Positions 36,751 to 46,439 of a DNA stretch of 64,000 nucleotides are shown piece after piece. Below the pieces are notes generated by a model, which was given only the letters and a program-made list of their open reading frames with translations, did not search any database and was not told where the DNA came from. This DNA comes from an uncultured Candidatus Saccharibacteria bacterium (GTDB lineage Bacteria > Patescibacteriota > Saccharimonadia > Saccharimonadales > UBA4665), in NCBI GenBank assembly GCA_964508535.1, contig CAZDTZ010000001.1:25786-89785 (forward strand), in the 5' to 3' direction. Within the stretch, counting starts at the first letter, position 1, and the number at the start of each line of letters is the position of its first letter. Position numbers and translations under genes: made by a program.

Positions 36751-38571
36751 CTACTTTTCTGATGAGGTTACGCGCATAATCTCTTCGATGGTTGTTTGCC
36801 CACGCAGTGCTTTTATAAAGCCGTCTACTTGCATGGTGACCATGCCGTCGCTTATGGCTTGAGCTTCGAGGTCTTCGCTCGTGGCGTTGGTGACAATACG
36901 CTTTTGGATGGACTGGTTGTTGCTGAGGACTTCGTAGATGCCCAGGCGTCCGCGGTAGCCGCTGTGGTTACAATTGTTGCAACCGCCATCGTGGGCTTCC
37001 CACAGACGCTTAATCGTTTTGTCCGTTGTACTCAGCTTGGCTAGCGCGCCTTCACCCGTGGCTGTGCTGTGACCGCGCTCGGAACCAATGCCGGCAGTGA
37101 GCGCCTCTTGCTCGAGCTTGTGGATGAGTATATAGGAATCGGCTTGCAGATTGAAGGTAGTTTTGATGCGCTCCAGAATGCCAGCGTCGGGCTCGTACTC
37201 TTCACGACAATCTGGGCAGAGGCGGCGGACGAGACGTTGGCCAACGACCACGCGCACAGTGCTGGCGATAAGGAATGGTTCAACGCCCATCTCGAGCAGG
37301 CGAGGAAGACAAGTGGCGGCGTTGTTGGTGTGCAACGTACTAAACACCAGGTGGCCGGTCAATGCAGCTTGCACTGCGAGGTCGGCGGTTTCGCCGTCGC
37401 GGATCTCGCCCACCATGATAATGTTTGGGTCTTGGCGCAGCAACGAACGCAGCCCGTTGGCGAAGGTCATATCTGCAGCCGGGTTCACCTGTGTTTGGTT
37501 GACGCCAACAATGCGGTATTCTACCGGGTCTTCGACGGTGCTGATATTGATGGTCGGGTTATTTAAGCTGCTGAGTACGCTAAATAAGCTTGTTGATTTG
37601 CCCGAGCCGGTCGGACCGGTCACGAGTATCATGCCGTGCGGCTGGGTGATCGCCTGCTTCATGCGTTTGAGTGACTCGCCCCAGTAGCCCAGTTCTTCCA
37701 GGGTGGCAGCTTTGCTGGATTCGTCCAGGATACGCATGACGACTTTTTCGCCGTCAACAATCGGCAACGTGGAGACACGTAACGCGTAGACGCGGTCGTT
37801 GACTGCAATTTTGAAGCGGCCGTCTTGCGGCGCGCGGTGCTCGTCTATCTTGAGGTTGGCCAGGATTTTGATGCGCGAAACCAGGGCGCCAAGCACTCTG
37901 CGCGGCAGCTTATTGGCCTCACGAAGTACGCCGTCGACGCGGTAGCGGACGATGACGATGTCTTCTCGTGGCTCGATGTGAACGTCGCTGGCGCGCGTTT
38001 TGATGCCATAGCCGATGATGAGGTTGACGGTTTGGGCGATCGGCGAGTCCTCGGCCACGTCTTCTTCGGCCACGTCTTCTTCGGCGGCTGCTTTGTCTTC
38101 GATGGCAATGACTTTGGCTAGTTCGCTGTTCACATTGCTGCCGCCGTATTGGTCGATGGCAGACTCAACAGCGCTTGCCGGCGCAATGTGCACACGAATT
38201 GGCTTGCCGAGCTGTTTTTGTAGGAAGTTAATTGCCTGGATGTCGTCCGGGTCTTCCATGGCGACAAACACGACACCACTTTTGTCGACACTAAACGCTA
38301 CTGTGCGGTATTGGCGCGCAACGTGCTCGGGAATCAGCTGTAAGATTTCGCGCGGTACGTCACCCACCGTGAACTCGGCATAGGGCACGTCAATCTCGTC
38401 GGCGTAGAGCTTGGTCAGGTCGGTTTCGGTCATTATATTCGTTTGCACGACAATATCTTGGAGCGGCCTTTTTTCGGTTTCGACCTGCTCGTGCAAACTT
38501 TTGAGCTGGTCGGCACTAAATTTGCCGGTTTGTTTGAGTAATTTTTCGACCAATGAATCAGATACGCGCAT
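36751..38571 (-). CDS. pilB: Type IV pilus assembly ATPase (GspE/PilB family)
   Basis: N-terminal T2SSE_N domain, Walker A GPTGSGKST, Asp/His boxes, and a Zn-type Cys cluster (CPDC .. CNNC). Confidence 0.9.
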   Translation of the reverse strand: MRVSDSLVEKLLKQTGKFSADQLKSLHEQVETEKRPLQDIVVQTNIMTETDLTKLYADEIDVPYAEFTVGDVPREILQLIPEHVARQYRTVAFSVDKSGVVFVAMEDPDDIQAINFLQKQLGKPIRVHIAPASAVESAIDQYGGSNVNSELAKVIAIEDKAAAEEDVAEEDVAEDSPIAQTVNLIIGYGIKTRASDVHIEPREDIVIVRYRVDGVLREANKLPRRVLGALVSRIKILANLKIDEHRAPQDGRFKIAVNDRVYALRVSTLPIVDGEKVVMRILDESSKAATLEELGYWGESLKRMKQAITQPHGMILVTGPTGSGKSTSLFSVLSSLNNPTINISTVEDPVEYRIVGVNQTQVNPAADMTFANGLRSLLRQDPNIIMVGEIRDGETADLAVQAALTGHLVFSTLHTNNAATCLPRLLEMGVEPFLIASTVRVVVGQRLVRRLCPDCREEYEPDAGILERIKTTFNLQADSYILIHKLEQEALTAGIGSERGHSTATGEGALAKLSTTDKTIKRLWEAHDGGCNNCNHSGYRGRLGIYEVLSNNQSIQKRIVTNATSEDLEAQAISDGMVTMQVDGFIKALRGQTTIEEIMRVTSSEK

Positions 38572-38680
38572 AACGTTACCTACAGTATATACGAAAACGA
38601 TAAACCATAAACGCGTTTCGTACGTTTACAATTATAAGATGTATAAAGTACTATACAAATAGCTAAAAATCACAAGCAGT

Positions 38681-39442
38681 ATGAACGATATAAAAAAGCC
38701 AAAGAAAACAGCCGCAGTAGTTGCACCCCAGCAGCTGGTTGTTGCGCGTCGGCCCATCATCGGTCACGACAGCAAAAAGACAGTCCAGATACGTGATGCC
38801 AACGAAGATGTGCATAACCCAACGGCCCAGCCAGAGCCTCCTCAACCATTGTCGCCAGCAAGGCGCATGGCCATTGCGCCAATCGAGTCCAGCGCGAGCG
38901 CGACTAAAACAATAAGCGACCCCGAAGAGCCAGAGGTGTCCGCTGGAGACCCCATGATGGAAAGTGTATCTGAGGAAGCCTCCGAAGAAGTAATAGACGA
39001 ATCCATCAAAGAAGCTCCGTCACCCTCAGTGCAACCACCCAAAGAACCCCTCGCTCCACCCACGCCCGCTTCCCAACCACCTGCCGCTCGGCCGACAGCT
39101 CCCGCAGGCACCCCAGCGCCACCTGACGGTGTTACGGATTCGTCTCCCGAATCTCCTGATGACGGCGAGGAGACCAAAGAAAGTGCCGAGACCCGCAAAG
39201 CAGTCGAAGAAGCTGCCAAAGTAGCCAAACGCGAAAAAGAGCTTGAAGAACTCATCGATGCTCGTAAGTTCTATGTCCCTATCAAGACAGGCGAGCACAA
39301 GCGCTCCATCAAAGTAAGCTTTGGCCTGACCTTCCTTATTTTATTGCTGGCCGTCCTGCTTATCGATCTCATGCTAGACTCGGACACCATCTTACTCTTG
39401 CAAAAGATCCCGCACACGCATTTCTTTAGCGCTAGCAACTAG
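38681..39442 (+). CDS. Pro/Glu-rich protein with C-terminal TM anchor, unknown function
   Basis: 253 aa; low-complexity PPxP/acidic centre; TM FGLTFLILLLAVLLIDLML. Confidence 0.55.
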   Translation: MNDIKKPKKTAAVVAPQQLVVARRPIIGHDSKKTVQIRDANEDVHNPTAQPEPPQPLSPARRMAIAPIESSASATKTISDPEEPEVSAGDPMMESVSEEASEEVIDESIKEAPSPSVQPPKEPLAPPTPASQPPAARPTAPAGTPAPPDGVTDSSPESPDDGEETKESAETRKAVEEAAKVAKREKELEELIDARKFYVPIKTGEHKRSIKVSFGLTFLILLLAVLLIDLMLDSDTILLLQKIPHTHFFSASN

Positions 39443-39447
39443 CGCGT

Positions 39448-40146
39448 CTAACTCGTCAGTATCCAACGAATAATCTGCTCTTTGAGTTTACGATACTCGG
39501 CTTCTTCAAATTGCCGGTTGGCAATGCAAAAGCGTTTGCCACGCGTATTCGAGCAGAACATGCATTCGTACATGTCGCCACAGTCCTGGATAAACATGCA
39601 ATTGACGATTTTTGAGGACCAGGCGACAGAAAAACTATTCGAACAATGTTTGCTATCGTCCAGGCGTATACAAAAGGTTGAATTTCTTGACCGCTGGCAA
39701 GCGGCTACAAGCTCGCACTCCATAAGCCCGTCGCTAAACAAGATGTTTTTGCCCTTGTAGATATCTTGCGAGCGGTAGACGTTTTCGGAGCTGTAAATGT
39801 TATCGGATTCCAGGATGTTGAGAGACTCTATTTGCCGTTCGGTGGTGGTAAAATTTATCTCATTCCAGGCGCGTAACACATCATCCACTGACTGCAACGG
39901 CCAGTCTGTTGCCGACCAAGACTCATCTTGACCAAGCTTGCGGGCATTTTTGAGTGTGATGTACTTTGTAGGGTTGACCGACTGGCTCCAGGTTGTCTCG
40001 CCGGTGGTGGAGTCGCTGACTTCTACCGGCAGCGGCACGTCAAAAGCGTACTTTTGCATAAATTGCTTCAGATTATAAGGGTTTTGAAAGCCAAATACCT
40101 CACCGACAATCTTGTTGAGCGTCTGTTGGGCTAGATGTGGCGTCAT
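39448..40146 (-). CDS. Hypothetical protein with Cys-rich C-terminal half
   Basis: 232 aa with about 11 Cys in the last ~95 residues (CELVAAC .. CIRL .. CSNS .. CMFIQDC .. CMFC .. FC). ATGA overlap with the upstream ATPase gene. Confidence 0.6.
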   Translation of the reverse strand: MTPHLAQQTLNKIVGEVFGFQNPYNLKQFMQKYAFDVPLPVEVSDSTTGETTWSQSVNPTKYITLKNARKLGQDESWSATDWPLQSVDDVLRAWNEINFTTTERQIESLNILESDNIYSSENVYRSQDIYKGKNILFSDGLMECELVAACQRSRNSTFCIRLDDSKHCSNSFSVAWSSKIVNCMFIQDCGDMYECMFCSNTRGKRFCIANRQFEEAEYRKLKEQIIRWILTS

Positions 40147-42164
40147 GGAGTGTCCTTTCGTTTGTTGACGTTGCGGCGACTAGAGGAATGCGCTGAAAGC
40201 AGGTCTTTTATGCTGAAGCCTTTTGGCTGTGTGATATTTTGGTTGCTCCCGTCAGCCGCGTCGGTTTTGCCAGCTTGATGCTGACTAATCACAGGCACTG
40301 GTTCCGTCGCCCCCTCCACAAATTTAGCAGGCAGATTTTGCATTTGCGGATAGTGCGTAAGACGAATGTGATTAGCAGTTTCTGCCTCCACCGGCGCATC
40401 AACCGTTCGGGCCTTGACGCAGGGATTAATTTGTCCGTTGGCGGCCACCCGGATTAGGCACTCACGCGGATGCAGCGTGCTCAGCATGGAAACGCGTACC
40501 TGGGTTTCACTGTTGCCTTTTTTACGGGCGGCATCGGCGATTTCTTTGGGCAATTCCATATTGAGATTACCCTCTAGCAGACGAGCATCTTCCTCAGAAG
40601 TTTTAAAGACGTAATAATTGTATACGTTGGCAAAAATAGCAGCGCGCAAGTCTTTTTCTATCTGTCCAAAATATTGTTGGGTAAGTATAACCGACAAGTT
40701 AAACTTACGCGCCTCGGCCAAAATCGACGCCAGCGTCGGGTTTTGGACGATCGATACCTCGTCGATAATTAGGATAATCTTTTGGCCAAAAGCGCGGGCC
40801 TGAGCCAGTAAAAATAGCTGTTGGATAAGCAATCCAGCCACGGTTTTGGTGGTCTTTTCACCCATACTTACCTTGTTAAGTGAAAAAATCGTCAGGAAGT
40901 TATCCTGGATAGTGCGTGCCAGCGAGATGTCACCGCCCTTAGTTAGCCCCGGCTGTAGCTGTAGTTCGTCGATCAGCGATATGATCGGCAGTACCGATTC
41001 GTTGTAGTAGGTGGTGCGGATTTCATTAAAGTCACTCCCAAAGAACTGGACGATGTTTTGTGGCGCATAGCCGGTTACGTGGCCGATGACCTTAGCACGC
41101 AGCTCAGTGTCGGTTAGAAAACGCTTGAGCGTATCAAGTGACATGTTTTGTGCGATAAACAATATATACAGGCTGAACCGCAGCGTCCGATCTAGTCGTG
41201 CATTAAATTGGTCGCCCAGCAACGATTTGAAGAGCGTGGCAGTGAGTTCGGTGGCCGCAGAAATGTCGGGGGCGCTTTCGGCAAACAATTCGGTGCCCTC
41301 GCTGGTAAAGTTTACGATCTTCGTATCGGGGATATAGGCAAGATCATCAGCCAGCGCGGCGTGTGGGTCAACAATCACCACGCGGTAGTTCATCTTGAGC
41401 GCGCTGCGGTACAGACGATCGACCAACAGACTGATCAATTTCGATTTACCCGTGCCCGTCGCACCAATAATGAGCGAGTGCTTATCGAACTCATAATTAT
41501 GCAAGCCAAGATAATGGGGCTGCGCAAAATACGGGAAGGTGTCGATCTCAAACAGTGCATCGGCCTGGCGACCGGTTAACATGTGCAACGATTTCTCGAT
41601 GTTGAGGTACAGTGGTACCGTCTTTTTGAGGTAGCGGACATTGCCTGCGAAGTTGACTGCCAACAGATCTGCCGGAAAGGAAGTGACAAGTTTATCTGCC
41701 ACCGTAAATCGGCCGCCCGCGTCCTTAAAGTACAGCTTCATATGCCCCAACGATTTCTGCGTGCCCAGCCCGCGTACACTAAGCGTCACAAATTCCAGAT
41801 CCTTGGCCTTTTTAACGGCGTATTTTTCTTTTACGTCAAGGAGATTGCCGCCGGTCACAAATTGTACGAGATGTTCTCTGGCGTGAGGTGTTGGGAGGTC
41901 CATTGCGTCTTGGCCTGCTGGCTGCAACAATAGACCATCTATATTATTAGACAGCGTACTTATATCTTTGTCGCTTTGCACAAAGAAACGCGCGACGTTG
42001 TCGGCCAAGCTGACGGTAAGTTCAAACTTGCCAAGTAATCCGCCGTACTGCAACAAGGCCTTGTGAAATTTTGCCCAGTGCGCCGGTGTGAGTGTGTCGG
42101 TAAGAATATAAAGCTCGAAGGTATATCGCATAGTATCAAGATCCTGCCTACCCTGACGGTACAC
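40143..42164 (-). CDS. VirB4/VirD4/HerA-superfamily P-loop NTPase
   Basis: Walker A GATGTGKS, Walker B ILIIDEVS, and ARKFNLSVILTQQ (RK..n..tQ motif of T4SS-type ATPases). ~230-aa unassigned N-domain. An alternative ATG lies at 42131. Confidence 0.8.
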   Translation of the reverse strand: MYRQGRQDLDTMRYTFELYILTDTLTPAHWAKFHKALLQYGGLLGKFELTVSLADNVARFFVQSDKDISTLSNNIDGLLLQPAGQDAMDLPTPHAREHLVQFVTGGNLLDVKEKYAVKKAKDLEFVTLSVRGLGTQKSLGHMKLYFKDAGGRFTVADKLVTSFPADLLAVNFAGNVRYLKKTVPLYLNIEKSLHMLTGRQADALFEIDTFPYFAQPHYLGLHNYEFDKHSLIIGATGTGKSKLISLLVDRLYRSALKMNYRVVIVDPHAALADDLAYIPDTKIVNFTSEGTELFAESAPDISAATELTATLFKSLLGDQFNARLDRTLRFSLYILFIAQNMSLDTLKRFLTDTELRAKVIGHVTGYAPQNIVQFFGSDFNEIRTTYYNESVLPIISLIDELQLQPGLTKGGDISLARTIQDNFLTIFSLNKVSMGEKTTKTVAGLLIQQLFLLAQARAFGQKIILIIDEVSIVQNPTLASILAEARKFNLSVILTQQYFGQIEKDLRAAIFANVYNYYVFKTSEEDARLLEGNLNMELPKEIADAARKKGNSETQVRVSMLSTLHPRECLIRVAANGQINPCVKARTVDAPVEAETANHIRLTHYPQMQNLPAKFVEGATEPVPVISQHQAGKTDAADGSNQNITQPKGFSIKDLLSAHSSSRRNVNKRKDTP

Positions 42165-42180
42165 GTTGTAAATTTTCCCG

Positions 42181-43326
42181 TCAAGAGCGTATGGCAGCGG
42201 TCGGAGGTACCGTTGCAGCAGTCGGTGCGAGTGTCGTTTCTTTGATTTCTGCCTGTCCTGCGCTACTCAGGCGGAACAGATAGCCGGAGAAGAATACTAG
42301 CATGCCGCCGGTTGCATACAGCATACCCATGATGACAAGCTTTATGCCAAAACCTGTCCCTGTAAGCAGTAAAAGCGCGGAGCCGCCAAGACCTACGATA
42401 GCAGACAGTGCATAGCCTCTGCCAAACCACGCGATAGCCCGGGCATATGCCGGTGTTAATGTTTTGCGTATACTGTTGGCCAACAACGCAATAATATAGC
42501 CAAAGTAGCTGATTGAGGTAATTCCGACCATCGTGGTGCCCAAGAAGCGGTCTTCCGAAGTATGCATGTGGGGCAAGAATATTGTCGCGGCGTACAGCGC
42601 CAAGGTGCCGGCCAGCACCCACGTCATGGAGACGAGTGGTGAACGTACGTCTTGTGCCTTGGCAAAGAAGCGAACTCCCAGGTAAGTAATGATAAACGAA
42701 ATGCCAAACAGCCAGTACACCAGCCCGTAATGCAAGATCGGAACCGCATGAACTTTAGGTATGCTGGTGAATAACATCCAGCATGATGCCGAGATGCCTA
42801 GCAGCACGACCCCGGCACACATCCAGGCATAGGCTTTGCGCAGCGCTGGCGTGAAGGTTTTGTATCCGGTCAGGAAGAGCCAACAGCTGCTAATAAACAT
42901 GGTCGTCACTGTGCACGAAGCGGCCAGCAGCCACCAATACGGAACTGAGAACAGCAAAAAAGCAGCAGCGGTCACCACGTACGTCGCGCCAATGATTTTT
43001 ATAATCAATTGAAACTGGTTGTGCACACGTCGGCGCGGTGAGATTTGCCCGGACTCTGATGGATGGAATTGGCTCTCGATTGTCTGTTGCAGTTCTTCTT
43101 TGGTGAAGGTTCGGACGCTGTCTTTGTGTAGAAGATATTCTTTGATCTGGGCGTGCACACTTTCTAGTGAGCGCCGCTCGGCAGACGTTAGTGCCAGCGG
43201 TTTGCCTACCTCTTGGCTGGCGGTAATTACACGCACTGTATTAAGGAGAGGGTTGATTGCCGAAAGATTAGAGGCGAGGCCAGCCAGGAACACAATTTCG
43301 TCGACGAGAATTCTATCATTGTTCAT
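42181..43326 (-). CDS. Polytopic membrane protein (~110-aa cytoplasmic N-domain plus about 8 TM helices)
   Basis: AAGGA-7nt-ATG at 43326, overlapping the last codons of the upstream response regulator. The ORF-track start is 43377. Confidence 0.65.
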   Translation of the reverse strand: MNNDRILVDEIVFLAGLASNLSAINPLLNTVRVITASQEVGKPLALTSAERRSLESVHAQIKEYLLHKDSVRTFTKEELQQTIESQFHPSESGQISPRRRVHNQFQLIIKIIGATYVVTAAAFLLFSVPYWWLLAASCTVTTMFISSCWLFLTGYKTFTPALRKAYAWMCAGVVLLGISASCWMLFTSIPKVHAVPILHYGLVYWLFGISFIITYLGVRFFAKAQDVRSPLVSMTWVLAGTLALYAATIFLPHMHTSEDRFLGTTMVGITSISYFGYIIALLANSIRKTLTPAYARAIAWFGRGYALSAIVGLGGSALLLLTGTGFGIKLVIMGMLYATGGMLVFFSGYLFRLSSAGQAEIKETTLAPTAATVPPTAAIRS

Positions 43327-43690
43327 TGAGTATCCTTGGGATTGCGTCGACAATATCCTGTAAATTGGCTTTGTCAAAGAACCCTACGACGCCGAGTTGT
43401 TGAATTTTTTCCACATCTTCTGATTGCTGCAAGTCGGAAGTCACGATTACTTTAACTGACTTCGTTGCAGGATTGGCCCGCAACTCTTTCAGGGTGTTAA
43501 AGCCATCTTTTACCGGCATAATCAAATCCAACAGCAGTATATCGGGCATTCTGTCTGCAACTGCCTGCAAGGCTTTTTCACCGTCAACGACTACGGCAAC
43601 ATCATAACCCACAGCGGCCAGCTTGTTAGACAGAACCTTTGCGATAAGCTGGTTGTCATCGGCGATGAGTATAAATTTCTTAGTGGCCAT
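43316..43690 (-). CDS. CheY-like single-domain response regulator (second one in the che operon)
   Basis: ILIADDN .. ILLLDLIMPVKDG .. receiver fold; 124 aa. Confidence 0.85.
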   Translation of the reverse strand: MATKKFILIADDNQLIAKVLSNKLAAVGYDVAVVVDGEKALQAVADRMPDILLLDLIMPVKDGFNTLKELRANPATKSVKVIVTSDLQQSEDVEKIQQLGVVGFFDKANLQDIVDAIPRILNEQ

Positions 43691-43706
43691 ACATCCTCAC
43701 TTTCTA

Positions 43707-44183
43707 CTATACGTTAATTGTTGTTTTGGCAGTAGATACATTGACATCTCCGGTGGCGATGGTAAACTGGACGCTTCTACCGACGTCGCCGCCTACATCC
43801 ATGCGTTCGATCGGAATGCCTCGTTGTTCCAGGAACTGTCGCACGGCAGTTACGTTTTGGTCGCCAACACCGTTAATAAATACGCCCAAGCCGTGGAACA
43901 TATGCGCGCCACCGAACAATTGAGCAGTAATATTGGTTTGGCTGGCGCCCATTTCTTCTAGTTTTTCAACTGCCAATGCCAGTGCGGTGTCGGCGAAGCG
44001 GAGTAAGTTGAGGTCGCTATTTTCGGGATATTTGGGCAACATAATATGGCACAAGGCGCCAATCTTTTTGGTGCTGTCGTACAGACAAACAACAACACAC
44101 GAGCCGATGCCAATACTCACCAGAATGTAGTCCTCGCCTGCAGCAGCAAAATCGGCGGTGCCAACTTCAAGCGTCTGTTGCAT
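43707..44183 (-). CDS. cheD: Chemoreceptor glutamine deamidase CheD
   Basis: GIGSCVVVCLYD catalytic Cys motif; 158 aa. Confidence 0.85.
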   Translation of the reverse strand: MQQTLEVGTADFAAAGEDYILVSIGIGSCVVVCLYDSTKKIGALCHIMLPKYPENSDLNLLRFADTALALAVEKLEEMGASQTNITAQLFGGAHMFHGLGVFINGVGDQNVTAVRQFLEQRGIPIERMDVGGDVGRSVQFTIATGDVNVSTAKTTINV

Positions 44184-44787
44184 GCGGTGTCCCCAGCTTT
44201 TCTGCCATTTTCTGCAGTATTTTGGTCGTTGATGGCGGGTCGATAATAACCATAAATTTTAGGCTTACGCCCCTACCAGAAATGAAGCATACGGTTTGGA
44301 GTACCATTATCTTATCGAATGATGCACCCATCTCTGCCACCAGCGGGTCAAGCATTGCGCCGAGCATATCGGTTGCGCTGGCCGGTACCGACTGCAGCAA
44401 TTCCATATCCAGAAATGTGCCTAAGGCACTCACTGTTGCTCCTCCTACGATGTTAACCATCTCGCGCAGGACCGATTGGTCGATGTCTTGATACGTACTG
44501 CTTGTTTGCTGGCCGATGACATCCTCGGTTATTGAATTGGCGTCGGCTGGGTCGAGCGAGAACAGGAGTAGACCTTTCACGTCACCCTCAATTTTAACGA
44601 CACCTGCTGTTGAGAGTTGCGCGGCTGGGCCGAGCGCACTCGAAATTGTTTCTGGGCCCATCAGTGTGACGCTCGGCACGGCAACCGTTACAGTTTGACC
44701 GACAAGTTTCGAAAGAGCGGTTGCCGCGTTGCCAATCGCAATGCTTGCGATCTCTTGTAACGGTTCGATTATGTGCGTTTCATCCAT
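44167..44787 (-). CDS. cheC: CheC-family CheY-P phosphatase-like protein
   Basis: IGNAATALS and LREMVNIVGG (E-x2-N) motifs. The first site appears degenerate (E-I-A-S). Confidence 0.75.
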   Translation of the reverse strand: MDETHIIEPLQEIASIAIGNAATALSKLVGQTVTVAVPSVTLMGPETISSALGPAAQLSTAGVVKIEGDVKGLLLFSLDPADANSITEDVIGQQTSSTYQDIDQSVLREMVNIVGGATVSALGTFLDMELLQSVPASATDMLGAMLDPLVAEMGASFDKIMVLQTVCFISGRGVSLKFMVIIDPPSTTKILQKMAEKLGTPHATDA

Positions 44788-44788
44788 A

Positions 44789-46438
44789 CTACAGTAACTC
44801 CTGTGGATTAATTATTAAGGCTGTCTTGCCGTCGTCCAAAATCGTCACTCCGCTAAAACCGCGGATAGTCTTTAGCACATCAGGTACAGGCTTGATAATA
44901 ATGTCGGCGCTCTCTAGCACCGCATCAACCGATAAGCCAATTTTCTCACTGCCCTCGCCAAGGACAACAGCTAGGATGTTTTTTGCTTGTGGCACGCCAG
45001 GCGCAACCGGCGTTGGATCGGAGCCGAGAAGCTTGGTGTTGAGCTTGATGAGTGGAATGTCCTGATCGTCTATTACGAACGTTTCTTGTCCGGCCAGTTT
45101 TTTAACCGCTGTTGTCGGGATATTGATAATCCGTTCAACTGCCAACGTCGGGATGACGAATTGTTTTTGGTCGATAGTAACTACCAACGCTTTGGCAATG
45201 GCGAGGGTGAGCGGCAATTTGATGATAAATGCCGTTCCTTGCCCAGTTTTTGACTCAACATTGATGACGCCGCCAAAGCTATCAACCATTTTTTTGATGG
45301 CGGTCAACCCTACGCCCCGCCCTGATATCTGCGTGACTGCGACACTAGTGGAAATGCCAGAGAACAGTGCGTCTTTGAGCAGCTTGCCGTCCGTTTCCCC
45401 CGGGTCTAGCCCGGCTTTCTGGGCTACTAGTTGCCAGTCAACGCCTTGGCCATCGTCGCGTACGGTTATTTGTGCGTAATCTTTTTGGCGGGCGGCCGAA
45501 AGCGTGATGACGCCCTTTTCTTTAATGCCGTGCGACACGGCATTGCGTAGCAAGTGGATGAGCGGTTCGTCCAGCCGGTCGACAATAGTGCGGTCAAGCT
45601 CAAGGTCGCTGCCCGTGATCACCAATTCGATTTGCTTGTTTTCTGTCCTGGCGAGGTCGCGCACCGCGCGTGGGAAATGGTCAAAGACCAAGCCAACGGG
45701 TACGGCCCGCGCCTTCATAATTTGGTATTGCAAGCTGGCGAGAATTTTTGCCGAGGCGTTAAAGTAGCTCTCGAGGTCGGCATTGTCGTCGGTAACGGTT
45801 GCGCTCACTCGTTTTAATTTTATTCTTTCTACGAGGAGGTTCTCTAGCAGGTTCATCATTTCGTCCAGGACCTCGACTTTTACGGAGATGGTGTTGACTG
45901 CGCTGCGCGTTGACTCGGGGGCGGCGACTGCCGCCGTTGAGGTGGGGGTAGCTGACTGCGCGTGCGTTTCAGCTGGTGGGGGAACGGCGCTTTCCTGGCT
46001 GGGATTTTTTGTCGCTGTCCCGTCTGCGTTGTGCTGGCTTTTACCCGCTCCTTCGGTTGTCACACCAGACAGTTGCTTGAGGGTTTCTATAGTTGCAGAC
46101 GAGTCCTCTTCGGTGGATTCTTTCTCGATGCGAGCAATAGACCGGGTGAGTGCGTCAAAGGCAGCAAACAGATGATCAGCAATCTCGCTCGTCAACTCTT
46201 TTCTGCCCTGTTTTATCTCATAAAAGATATCTTCGACAACGTGACACAAGTAGCCGGTACTTTGGTAGCCCATAGCTGCCGATTGGCTTTTAAGTGAGTG
46301 AGCGTTCCTGAAAATCTCTTCGATAGCATGCGCGTCGGTCGGATTTTTCTCGAGTACCAGCAAAGCTGCATTCAAGCTTTGGATGTATTCTTTGCTGGTC
46401 TGCACGTATAGCTCTAGATATTCTGAAAGGTCGTCCAT
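44789..46438 (-). CDS. cheA: Chemotaxis histidine kinase CheA
   Basis: Hpt HSLKSQSAAMG, HATPase (DDGQGVD, GRGVGL), and a C-terminal CheW-like domain. Confidence 0.9.
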   Translation of the reverse strand: MDDLSEYLELYVQTSKEYIQSLNAALLVLEKNPTDAHAIEEIFRNAHSLKSQSAAMGYQSTGYLCHVVEDIFYEIKQGRKELTSEIADHLFAAFDALTRSIARIEKESTEEDSSATIETLKQLSGVTTEGAGKSQHNADGTATKNPSQESAVPPPAETHAQSATPTSTAAVAAPESTRSAVNTISVKVEVLDEMMNLLENLLVERIKLKRVSATVTDDNADLESYFNASAKILASLQYQIMKARAVPVGLVFDHFPRAVRDLARTENKQIELVITGSDLELDRTIVDRLDEPLIHLLRNAVSHGIKEKGVITLSAARQKDYAQITVRDDGQGVDWQLVAQKAGLDPGETDGKLLKDALFSGISTSVAVTQISGRGVGLTAIKKMVDSFGGVINVESKTGQGTAFIIKLPLTLAIAKALVVTIDQKQFVIPTLAVERIINIPTTAVKKLAGQETFVIDDQDIPLIKLNTKLLGSDPTPVAPGVPQAKNILAVVLGEGSEKIGLSVDAVLESADIIIKPVPDVLKTIRGFSGVTILDDGKTALIINPQELL

Positions 46439-46439
46439 A

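Noticed and set aside
38051-38085. 15-bp perfect tandem duplication (TCGGCCACGTCTTCT x2.3) inside pilB
   Set aside because: It is in-frame and encodes the EEDVAEEDVAE acidic linker between PilB domains. It is ordinary slippage in a low-complexity linker, not a regulatory repeat.
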